NCBI GenBank assembly: GCA_013239625.1
Contig: MU053881.1
Location: 620,001-684,000, forward strand
DNA length: 64,000 nucleotides
Direction: 5' to 3'
From: Lama guanicoe
Lineage: Eukaryota
The stretch's first letter is position 1, and every line of letters starts with the position of its first letter. The notes beneath the pieces were generated by a model. That model did no database searches. It saw only the letters and a list, made by a program, of their open reading frames with translations, and had not been told where the DNA came from. This document shows, piece after piece, positions 9,421-20,494 of the stretch. The translations under genes were made by a program, and so were the position numbers.

Positions 9421-9949
9421 AGGGCAGGCCTAGGCGGTGGAAACCAGGGCCAGATGGAGCCTGGGCAGGAGAGAGCAGCTGACTGGGCACAGCCCGGCCA
9501 CCTCTTCCCAGTCCTTTTGTCCCTTCTGTGCCCAGCCTCTTGCTGGCAGAGCCCAAGCTGTCCATCCAGGCTTGCTTCAGCCTGCGGTATGTCCAGCTGC
9601 CATGTCATCTTACTGTCCCCTAGACCCTGCACTCTCAGCAGGTCCCAGTTGGCCCAACAGACCTCCCCTTGTCCTGGGTCTGGGCTAAGGGAGAAGCTCC
9701 AACCTGAACCACGCACTGCCACCGCTTCCCATCTATCACCAAGTCCCATGCATTCTCAAATCCACCCCAGTGCCACCTTCCAAGCCCTGCCCTCCTCAGT
9801 CATCTCTCACCTGGCCACAGGTCCATGGGCTCCTCACGGGTTCCCAGCCCTGACCCTCCCTGTGGCTCCGTGCACACCCATTGATCTGTTTCCTCCTCCC
9901 CAAACAGAACTGTTTTGAATATCCAACTCTGACTGCAGGGCAGTCCAAG

Positions 9950-10573
9950 TGTTAGAGCAGGCAGATAGCTAGATATGAGCAGAGAAAGGGGGATGCAGGC
10001 CAAATGGCAGGAATTGAGCAAAAAGGGAGGGGCACAGGCCAAACACAGGAAAACATACATCATGCAAACAACAGGGGTTCCTGGGCAAAGAAAAGCAGGA
10101 ACCTCTGGGCTGATAAGTGGTCACACATTTTGGGGTGATAAGAGGCCTGGAGGCCAACAAAGGAAGGTGGGAAACGGCAGGAATTTCCAGTGTCCGAATG
10201 TAACTTTTTTGCTCTCATTTTAATAAAATTAGCCTTGCAGATTAGAAGTACCCATCGTGCACCGAAGCCATGACACTTCCTATCCAGACTAAATGAGGAC
10301 AAAATTCCCTCCCTCTTCTGGAAGGTGGAGGCGGAATGAAAATTCAAGGAATACGATCCCAAACCCTTTCCACCCCAGTGAATGTTCTGCCCATTCATTT
10401 TTACACCCTATGTAACCAACTTGCCAAAAAGCTCAGTGCAGCTTCTCACCCTAGCCTGCCTGCTCTGCCCTTGACAGTGTACTATCCCTTCATCCTCACT
10501 TTATTTTCTTAACCTCCGTGTCTTTTCTCTGAATTCTTTCTGCAACAAGACAAGAACCTACTCGCTGGCAACA
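9950..10573 (+). mobile_element. Solo LTR, ERV1-like
   Basis: TGTT...AACA termini and a 4-bp TSD CAAG (9946-9949, 10574-10577). The 5' end resembles MER50-type LTRs as recalled, and the 3' end is U5-like (tctgaattctttctgcaacaagacaagaacc). Confidence 0.8.
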
Positions 10574-12469
10574 CAAGCACCTGGCCTACACCAGGCACAG
10601 CCAAGTCCTTGCTGCCTTCCAGGAAACCTGATGCCCGCCAGCCTCACAGCTGCATCGTGCATGTGGTCCGTCCCATAGGCTGCCTGGCTGGCCTGGCAGG
10701 GCGGATCAGCCCACTCAGGATGGCTGAACCCATCGTCTCCGGGCCCTCAGACCCCAGAACAGGCACCTGCCATTTCTGCCTGCCCGGCCTCCCTCCACTC
10801 AGGTCCTGTGGCTTGGACAGAGCTGCCTCCCACCCCTCCCAGGCCTGATGGATAGACACTTGGACCAAAAGTGACTGAGTCAAGGCTGACTCAAGATGGT
10901 GAGTCTCAGTTCTGGAAACTTCCTTAGAATTTTGGGAAGGGAACTCAAAATGGGGAGGGAGATTACCGAGGCCACTTATGGCCACTTGCCACCCTGAGAA
11001 GGATGGAGCCAACAGGGCTAGGATTTGAGAAGAGAGATGGTTTATGTTCTGAAGCCCTGGGGCCAGCTTGCCTGGAACAACCCTCTTGGGTTCAGCCTTT
11101 CCATTTTATAAGATGGCCACTTCTCCTTTTTGCTCAAACTGGTTTGAAGTGGGTTTTAGTCAGCGGTAACAGAGTCCAGACTGGTACACAGCACAGGCAG
11201 GAGCCAGTGAGGCCACAGGCAAGCACAGGCCATGCTGTGGGAGGGATGGAGCAGCTGGACCCTGGGGGCAACCGCTGCTGCCCCCATCATGGTCCACTGT
11301 GATGTCCTGGTGCCCCTCTGCCTGGTCACTCTGGGGAGTCTCTGCACATCAGGGTCATGTGCCCTTGGGAGGCTGGCCCTTGCCATCTACCCAGCCTCCT
11401 TCCCTGCTGCACACAAGCCTGGGTTCCAACCTGAGGGCTTTGTTACCTTCTAGACTCTCCAGGAACCACTTCTACCCTCTCATCACCTGGCCAAAGCCCC
11501 GTGAATGCCCTTTGTCTGTCACCACCCCCAAGGAACCAGCTGTTCCCCCGGCTGGGGGCGCTGCAGAGCTGGGTCTCCAAGTCTGTGCCCTGCTCTGGAC
11601 CAGGTCTCGCCACAGCAGTAGTAGGTGCTCAGTGATGTGGGGATGACTGACAGACACTGGTGAACGAGATGGCAGCGCCAGGGAGCAGATACCAGGAGCA
11701 TTCTCCAGCCCTCCCTCGGCCGCTCAGCCTCCTGACTAAGCCCCCTGCTCTGGTTCCCCCTCCAGCCCCAGCCAGATCCTGAAAGGTGGGGCATATGCCA
11801 GGCGGGCCTCGTGTGTCTGCGTGCCCTGATCACACCGGTCAGCGTGTTTGTGAGCATACTGGCGCTCATTCGTGGGCCAGCCGTGTGCCTGTGGGTCTCC
11901 GCACGTCTGCAGGCTCTCCTCTCTGCCAGGCTGCCATTTCCTCTGAGGCCTAGCCATACTCCCTTCCGAGCTCATCCCCTTCTGCCCTGGCAACAGGAAG
12001 CTGAGCCCTAACATCAGCAGGTTCTGAGGAAGTCCCTGGGCAGATGTCCACGCAGCAGGGGCCAGGGTCTCGGCCCCTGAAACCCTCCCCAGGTCCCTCG
12101 GTCTGTACTTTCCTCCCTCTGAGCTTGCCCAGCCTCTCAGGTGGGCCTGCTCAGACTGACAGAGGTCCAGCCTAAGGCCCTCCAGGCAGAGGCCACCCAC
12201 CCACCCCCCTGGGCAGCCCTGGAGGCACTGGCATCACAAGGGAAGTGAAAAAGCCCCTCCCTGAACCCCTGCAGGACAGGCCTCTGTGACCTTTGCCATC
12301 TGTGCCACAGCCCCTGCATGGCTCAGAGAACACCCTGGAACCTGGGCTCATCAAGGGCCTCTGGGGAGTGGAAAGGTCAGCCAACCATTATGTTGAAAAG
12401 AAATCACCATTTCAGTGCCATAGACTGTCATAAGCAGTGCGCAACTCAGACCCTAAACTTAAATTAAAA

Positions 12470-12870
12470 AACATTTTTTTTGAAATTATTTTATCTACCA
12501 AAAAAAGTTGCAAAAATGGCACACAGTTTCCATAAATCCAACATCACCCAGCTTCCTCTAATGTTAAAACTGTATGTAATCAGAATTAAATTTTTGGAAA
12601 CTAAGAAATTAATATTGATACAATTCTATCAGCCATTTTACACATTCAAGTTTCACCAACTGTCCCACTAAAATGGCACAAAGACCTCAGAAACATTACA
12701 GGAAGTTGTGGCAAACACCAAGCATGTATCATTTGATTCCTTTTATATGAAATGTCCAGAAAAGGTAAATCCATAGAGACAGAAAACAGATCAGTGGTTT
12801 GGATTGTCTGATGTCTTTATGTGATTAGACAGAGGTTATTCATTTTGGGCGAGAGTGCCACAGAAGTAGT
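12470..12870. mobile_element. Old L1 (L1M-type) 3' fragments
   Basis: Abrupt AT-rich block with the L1M 3'UTR-like motif atatgaaatgtccagaaaaggtaaatccatagagacagaa. Confidence 0.5.
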
Positions 12871-13301
12871 GAGTGTCCACACTTATCACAACCCTAAGCT
12901 TTCTGCCCAAGGAACTAGCATCCATGATGGTGACCCATCTTGCTCTTGACTTAACCCAGCTCATGCTCACCCTGCAAAGTCACCTTGTGAATGCACGGCT
13001 CTGACCTTGGCCCTCCTTAACCTGATGCTTTTTGGGCACCTGGGGTCCCTTACACTTCCCCAGGACCCCTGAGCACCCTTCCTTGGCAGCCTTTGTTCCT
13101 CTCTGTTTTCTGTGTTGGATTTCATCCCCTACCCTTCCAGGAGAAGATGAACCAGACCTCTGCCTGGTCCCCAAGCTCCGTGTGTTGGTGCTCAATGAAA
13201 CATACCTATGAATAAGCAACGAAAAACCATCCAGCTGACCTGGCTGCCCTCCCTCTATGTTCCCCCTGGAAATCACTGAACTTTGCCCCACCGCCACCAT
13301 C

Positions 13302-14785
13302 TTATCTTTTCCAGAATGTCATATGGTTGGAATCGTGCAGTAGGTAGCCTCCTCATGTTGGCTTCTTTCACTTAGTAATATGCATTTAAAGCTCCTCCAT
13401 GTCTTTCCTTTTCTTTTTATTCCCCTCCATGTCTTTTCATGGCTTAATATAGCTCATGTCTTTTCAGTGCTGAATAATATTCCATTGTCTGGATGTACCA
13501 CAATTTATCTGTTCACCTGCTGAAGGACATTTTGGTTGCTTCCAAGTTTTGGCAAGTATGAATAAGGCTGCTATAAACAACTGTGCACAGGTTTTTACAT
13601 GGATGTAAGTTTTCAACTCATTTAGGTAAATACCAAGGATTGCAATTGCTGGATTATATGGGAAGAGTATGTTTAGTTTTGTAAGTAACTATCAAGCTGT
13701 TTTCCAAAGTGACTGTATTTCACATACTCATCAGCAATGAATGAGAGTTCCTGTTGCTCCTAATCTTTGCCAGTATTTGGTGGTGGCAGCATTCTGGATT
13801 TTGGCCATTCTAGTAAGTGTACAGTGGTATCTCATTTTAATTCGCATTTCCCTAATGACATATGATGTGAAACATCTTTTCATACGCTTATTTACCATCT
13901 GTATATTTTCTTTGATGAGGTGTGTGTTAAGGTTTTTTGACCTTTTTTTTTTTTTGGACCATTTTTTAAAAATTGAGTTGTTTGTTTTCTTATTGTTGAA
14001 TTTTAAGAGTCCTTTGTCAGATTTGTCTTTTGCAAATATTTCCTCCCAATCTATGGCTTGACTTCCCATCCTCTTGACAGTATCTTTGCCAGAGCAGAAA
14101 TTTTAAATTTTAATAAAGTCTACATCATCAATTATTTCTCCATGGATTGTGCCTTTGGTGTTGTATCTAAAAAGTCCTCACCATACCCAAGGTATCTTCT
14201 AAGAATTTTATAGTTTTTGTTTTACATTTTAGACCTATGATTCATTTTGAGTTAATTTTTGTGAAGAATGTAAATAAAGTCTGTGTATAGACTCTTTTTT
14301 TTTTTGCATGTGTATGTCCAGTTGTTCCAACACTTTTTTTTAAATTTTTTTTTCTCCATTGTATTGCCTTTTCTCTTTTGTCAGAGATCAGTTGACTATA
14401 TTTATGTTAGTCTATTTCTGGGCTCTTTATTCTGTCCCATTGGTAGACAAATAGTCTATTTTCTTCTTTCACCAGTACCACACTGTCTTGATCACAGTAG
14501 CTTTATAGTGGTTCTTGAAGTCAGATGGTGTCAGCCCTCCACGTTTGCTCTCCTTCAATACTGAGTTGGTGATCCTGGGTCTTCTACTTCTCCATGTAAA
14601 CTGTAGAGTCATTTTATTGATGGCCACAAAATAATTTGCAGCAACTTTTACTGGAATTGCATTGATCAAGTTGGAAAGAACCAACATCTTGATGATATTG
14701 AATCTTCCTATCTATGAACATGGAATATCTCTTTGTTTATTTAATTCTTCTTGGATTTCTTTCATCAGAGTTTTGAGTGTAGCTT
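13302..14785 (-). mobile_element. Old L1 fragment A (ORF2 3' part and 3'UTR, degenerate)
   Basis: Minus ORFs resemble L1 ORF2 (GGLTPSDFKNHYKATVIKTVWYW; IREMRIKMRYHCTLTRMAKI). Confidence 0.85.
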
Positions 14786-15720
14786 TTTAATAAGGTTTGA
14801 AACCAGAAAGTGTGAGTCCTCTAAATTTGTTCTTCATTATCAAGATGGGGCCATTCTGGTTTCCTTGAATTGCTATATGAATGTTAGGATCACCTTATCA
14901 ATTTCTACAAAGAAGTCAGCTGGGATTTTAGCTGGGATTGTGTTAAGTCTGTATATTAATTTGGAGAGTATTGCCATCTTAACAATATTAAATATTCTGA
15001 TCTGTGTACATGCAGTGTCTTTCCATTTATTTAGGTCATCTTTCATATCTTTCAACAATGGTTTGTAGTTTTCACAGTGTAAGTTTGCATTTCTTTTGTT
15101 ACACTTATTTCCAAATATTTTGTTCTTTTTGATGTTATTGTAAATGAAATGATTTTATTAACTTTAACCTTAGATTATTTATCAAAACGTATAGAAATAC
15201 AATTAATTTTTCTGAGCTGATCTTGTATCCTTCAAACTCACTGAACTTATTTATTAGTTCTACTAGTTTTTTAATGGCGTTTTAGTATTTTCTATACAGA
15301 AGATCATGTCATCTGCAAATGGAAATAGTTTTACTTCTTCCTTTTGCACCCTCTCATCTTCTTGCCCAACTGCTCTAACTAGCACATCCTGAAGTGGCAG
15401 ATGCGTTATCTTGTTCTCAGTCTTTGGGGAACACACTCATTTTTGTGCCATTAGATATGAGGTTAGCTGTGGGTTTTTGTAGATGTCTTTTATCAGGTGG
15501 TCCTAGTTCATTGGGACTATTTTTATAAAATGATGTTGGATTTTGTTGAATGCTTTTTTTAACATCTGTTGGGATGATCTTTTTTTTCCCCTTTATTCTA
15601 TTAAAATGACATATTATGTCACTTGAGTTTTGAATGTTAAACCTTTCATTCCTGGTGTAATCCCCACTTGGTCATGGTGTATAATCCTTTTTATAGGCTG
15701 CTGGATTTGATTTGTTGAGG
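14775..15720 (-). mobile_element. Old L1 fragment B (ORF2 RT-distal region, degenerate)
   Basis: Minus ORF DLNKWKDTACTQIRIFNIVKMAILSKLIYRLNTIPAKIP is L1 ORF2-like. Confidence 0.8.
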
Positions 15721-16097
15721 ATGACAAATATTTTTCTCTAAATTTTAAAAATAAACTTTATAACATCATCATTAAACTAAAATCAATATTATTTTTCATA
15801 ACTGGAAAACAAGACGTCATTAAGTTCTGGCTAAGTACTCTTATTTGCCGTGGGCTTAAGGCCTATGCTTTGTCATCACTGTTGTTTAAAATAGAGACCA
15901 GAAGGGAAAAGGCATGAATCAATAATGGCTGCAATTTATTGAGATATCAAATATGTGAATATTTAAACATTCATGAATTTATATTGATACTTAAAAACCT
16001 CACTGGACACTTTCGGTGGCTGCTAAAGGACTAACTTAGTCTTCTGATAATTGACAAATAAAAAGAAAAAAGTAAGCATTTGTCTTGTGTTCTCTTC

Positions 16098-16720
16098 TGT
16101 GATGGTCAGTCCGGTGTGGCCGCAGGAGGCCACCCCACACAGAGCCAAGTGGGAGAGCAGCAGGGTGGTCAGGTGAGGGAGGAACGTCATGGCCACAGCC
16201 TTTACTGGGGTTCCTACAGGGAAGGGAAGGCAGAGCGGGTGAACCGCTTAGGACTGGCTAGGTGGGACACTGTGAAAGGCCCTAAACCATAGGGGTGGTC
16301 TCTAATGGCCTGGTGCCTGGCCTTGGGATGATCAAGGTGGAGCAGCGGTGCCCCTGGGGTGGGGGGCCCCACAGAGGTGCGACAGCTCAGGACTGGTTAA
16401 TTTGCACATCAAAGGCAGGTGGGGGGAGGGTGTAGCTCAGTGGTAGAGCATGTGCTTAGCATGCATGAGGTGCTGGGTTCAATCCCCAGTACCTCTGGTT
16501 AAATCAATCAATCAATCAAATTGCCCCACCACGGAAAACAAAAAATAGAGACTCAGCCAAGAAAGACATTGGAAAAAAAAAAAAAAAAAAAAGGCAGGCA
16601 GGCACCCTGCTGAATTTGCTATCCCTAAGAACCGGTTAGCCTGGAGGAGCAGTCTGTCACCAGCCAGGAAAGGTTTTCAAGATGTCAAAACATTATGATA
16701 AAAAAAAAGTTTAAAAACGT
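16098..16720. mobile_element. Ancient LTR (MER76-like), interrupted by a SINE
   Basis: Starts TGTGATGGTCA; internal segments (agcctttactggggtt, ttaggactggctag, tggtgcctggccttgggatgat) match a recalled consensus. Confidence 0.5.
16421..16592 (+). mobile_element. tRNA-Ala-derived SINE (camelid Vic-1-like)
   Basis: GGGTGTAGCTCAGTGGTAGAGC...GGTTCAATCCCC head with pol III A/B boxes, A20 tail, TSD AAAGGCAGG. Confidence 0.9.
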
Positions 16721-17949
16721 ACATATATACACACACATTACAGCATTTATCCTGCTTCGTTTTGTTCAAACTGAATATCGGGGGTAGGTAAATAAAAGAG
16801 GAAAACGTTTCCTTTGTAGATGAATTCCACATAATATGTGCAGGAGGGAAGGACTCTTCCCTTTGTTTCTTTTTGCACAAATGAGCAGACATGCGTAAAT
16901 TTTCTTACACAAAATGTAGGACACACAAAAGGCTCCCGGGGGGTCAGCTGGGTGTTGGAGGCATTCTCCGGCCCCATCGTGGATATGTTCTTCTGCACTT
17001 TGCTTTCTTTCCTAACGAAATATCCTGGACAGCGCACTGGACCAGTTCACAGAAGTCTTCCTTGTTCTTTCTCACCGCCGCAGGCGACCCCGCTGTGGGG
17101 AGGTGCTGGAGTTTATTCGATGATCCTGTTGCATTGGGCAGTTTGGGTGATTCCATTATTTTGCAATTACAGGATGAAGCTTCCCTGAATACCTAGGTTG
17201 TATTTTTTTTAATATAATGATTTTTATAAAATTTAACTTTTATGAATAGCTAATACAGTCACTTGATCAAAATATGAAAATATAAAACCCAGCTAACGTT
17301 ATAAAATGATATTATATCAGTATTGATTTAAACATCACAGGCAATCAGACTCTTCGATGACATTCGCCGAAATCCTCTACCTGGCAGTTTTAAAGATCTT
17401 GAAATCAGTTAGAAGGGAGATGCCCACGACGCTGAAAATGCTCACTTCCCGGAGGCCCCATGCACGCGCTGGGAGGCTGCAGTGGTGGGAGAGAGCGGGT
17501 CTCGTTCCCGCGGGCTCTTCTAGAGGCTGAAGGAGGGTGGGCTTCCAACTGACCTGTTCTGGGCCCCCGAAGCCTTTGAAACGCCCATAAACTTATCCCC
17601 GACAAAAGCGTACGTAAACGCAAAACCTGCCGCTTGTCTGGAGTGAGTTCCTCAGAAACAGAGGATTTGGGTGCTGGGGCTTTCTTGGGACTGGAAACAC
17701 CGGCTGTCAAAGAGGCGAGGGGAGCATGGGGGACAGACCCCCTGGGAACAGCCCTCTGACACCACGGATCGTCTAAAAATTTTACCGTGGGAAGAAGACT
17801 TAACATCTTTCAGCGCACCACGCGGTATCTGGACGCTCGCTGCTGCACAGCACGTCTGCAGACTTTCTTCGTGTTGCTTCACTGGAGCGATCCCCGCCCC
17901 GGGGATCGGCTGCCCCCGTCTCCCCTCCCCCAGCCCCGCAGCCGCCACT

Positions 17950-18600
17950 CCACCCTTTGACTCTATGAATCCGACTATGACACTTCAGAGAAGCGGAATC
18001 ATAGTACTTGTCTTTTGTGGCTGGCTTCTTCCACTAAGCAAAATGGTCTCAAATTTTGTCTATGTTGTTGCATACTGCAGGATTTCCTTTTTTAAAAATT
18101 TTTATTATTTTTTAATTTTACTTTTTTTATTGAGGTATAGTCAGTTTACAATGTTGTGTCAATTTCTGGCGTACAGCACAGTGCTTCAGTCGTAGGTGAA
18201 TGTACACATATTTGTTTTCATATTCTTTTTCACCGTGAGCTACTTACAGGATATTGAATACGGTTCTCCGTGCTATACAAGAATTTCCGTTTTTTTAAGA
18301 CTGCAGAATATGCCATTGTATGTATACACCAAATTTTCTTTATCCATTCATCTGTAGACAGACATGTAGATTGTCTCCACATCTTGGCTATTGTAAATAG
18401 TGCTGTAACAAAAAGGGCAGTGCTAATATCTCCTGATTTCAATACTTTGGATAAATAAAGGCCCAGAAGTGGGGTTGCTTAATCATGTGGTACTGAATTT
18501 TTGGGGGGACACTCATGCTATTTCCCACAGCTGCTGCACTCTTGTATTCCCACCAACAGTGCACAAGGGCTCCCTTCTCCACAGCCTCGCCAACATTTCT
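17950..18600 (-). mobile_element. Old L1 3' fragment with a younger L1 3' end nested at about 18096-18280
   Basis: Minus ORF ALFTIAKMWRQSTCLSTDEWIKKIWCIHTMAY (ORF2 C-terminus). The nested piece ttttattgaggtatagtcagtttacaatgttgtgtc is flanked by near-duplicated gatttcc(t/g)ttttttaa. Confidence 0.8.
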
Positions 18601-18737
18601 TTGACTTCTGCTCCACAGTTCTTATCATCACTCCTCCCCTTAAACTTCTCCGAGGTCTAGGATATCGCATTCCCTGCTCCAGAACCCTGTCCTGGTATCA
18701 CCGCGCTGCAAGTCTTTTATTTATTCCACTTAAAAAC

Positions 18738-19110
18738 ATTTTTTTTAATTGACGTACAGTCAGTTTACAATGTTGTGTCAGTTTCTGGTGTGCAGCACAA
18801 TGCTTCAGCCATACATGAACATACATACATTCTTTTTCATACTCTTTTTTACTGTGAGCTACTACAAGATATCAAATATAGTTCCCTGTGCTGTACAGTA
18901 TGAACTTGTTTATTTTATATATACCAGTCAGTATCTGCAAATCTCCAATTCCCAATTTATCCCTCCCCACACTCTTCCCCCCTGGTAACCATAAGTTTGG
19001 TTTCTATGTCTGTGGGTCTGTTTCTGTTTTGTAAATAAGTTCTTCTTCTTTTTTTTTTTTTTTAGACTCCACAGATGAGTGATATCATGGTGTTTTTCTT
19101 TCTCTTTCTG
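18738..19110 (-). mobile_element. Young L1 3' end (artiodactyl/camelid type)
   Basis: Same family motif as the 28.8 kb and 56 kb copies; minus translation QKEKEKHHDITHLWS. Confidence 0.85.
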
Positions 19111-19149
19111 GCGCAAGTCTTTTAACTTCAGTGTGCCAGCGGCTCTCCC

Positions 19150-19655
19150 TACCCTGTGGTCAGCAGTGATGGGCTCTTGTTGTTGGGCAGCTGGCAAGCT
19201 CCAAGCCTCCAGTGCTGAGCCGGCTCTGAAAGCACTACCCACTTCAACTGCCTCAGGCTGGCTTCCCCAGAAGCAGATTTTGGTGGGGGTCAGCCCCCGG
19301 GAACACCACCCATGAGTGTGCAAGGACAGCTGGACTGGCCAGAGGGATGCTGAACCGAGATGCAGTTGCAACAGAGGCCTCAGATGATCCCACAGGCACC
19401 GTGGAGCTGGGGTGGCCCTTTGGAGAAGCCCCAAATTGAGGAAAGGGACTAGGTCTTTGAATCCCCCAATTGGCCAAGCTCCAGATGTGGGCTGCCCCTG
19501 GGAAGGGGGCACAGCCACAGGCAAGGCAGTACCCTTCAACTGGAGACAGTTCCCAGGAACACTCAGCTGTGCGCTGGCAGCAGCCAACATTCTCAGCATT
19601 TGGGAGGAAGAGCCCCTGGGTCCTGAAGGGACGACTTGGCTCACACCCCATCTGT
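19150..19655. mobile_element. Ancient ERVL LTR (LTR16-like)
   Basis: Motifs ttccccagaagcaga and gatgcagttgcaacagaggcctcagatgatcccacag match the recalled LTR16 consensus. Confidence 0.55.
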
Positions 19656-20212
19656 AGGGGCAGGACTGGGCTCAGACAAGCCCTGCTCTCTTGTTCTGGT
19701 CTTCCTATAAGCCATGGTGGGGCTAAAAAGCAGGGCGGATGGTGAGGGGAGCCAACAGAGTAGGTCAGATACAGAAGGACTGAGAGGCAGCTGCAGTTTA
19801 AGAAAAGCCTCTTCTATTGCACAGCAAGTGTCAACAAGAAGAAATGGCATTGCGAGGTGTGTGACTAAAATAATGCACATTTGGATGTTTTTACTCTCTG
19901 GAGGCAAGGACGACCCTTGGGTCTGCAGCTCCGAGGGTAACATGGCATAGCAGGAAGGTAGGTCGGCGGTGTCTGTAGCTCTTGGCTCTGAAGATGACTG
20001 TGTGGTTGGGCTTTTCCCTGCATTACAGAAACGGGTACTTAAGAAGGTATACAGCCAACCAGCCAACCGAGAGCCTTGGATGAGAGACGGCACTCGAGCC
20101 AGCAGTGACAAACCTAAGGGGGCAGGAGGCCGCCCGCCTCAGCTGCGTCTAGTGGAGTGGGGTCCTTCATGACTGATAAAGGACACGTGCATCCACAGAT
20201 GAAGGACACGCC

Positions 20213-20494
20213 TCCACAGAAAACAGACCGATGGGGACCCACGGGGAAAGGAGGCAGGGGAGGGGCAAACGAGGAGTTTGGGATTGGCAGATACAAACTG
20301 CTGCACATAAAATAAACAAGGTCCTGCTGTAGCACCCAGGGAACTATGTTGAATATCCTGTAATAAACCATAATGGGAAAGAATGTGACAAAGAATATGT
20401 TTATGCATGTAACTGAACCACTATGCTATACACCAGAAACTAACACAATATTGTAAATCAACTATACTTCAATCATAATCATAATCATAATAAA
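20213..20494 (+). mobile_element. L1 3' end with an (AATCAT)n-modified tail
   Basis: ggagtttgggattggcagatacaaact...tgtaaatcaactatacttcaat, then (AATCAT)3 and AATAAA. Confidence 0.8.

Noticed and set aside
16424..16495. Possible tRNA-Ala genes, here and at the other SINE heads
   Set aside because: All have A-rich tails, stem mismatches and mostly clear TSDs, so they are SINE copies
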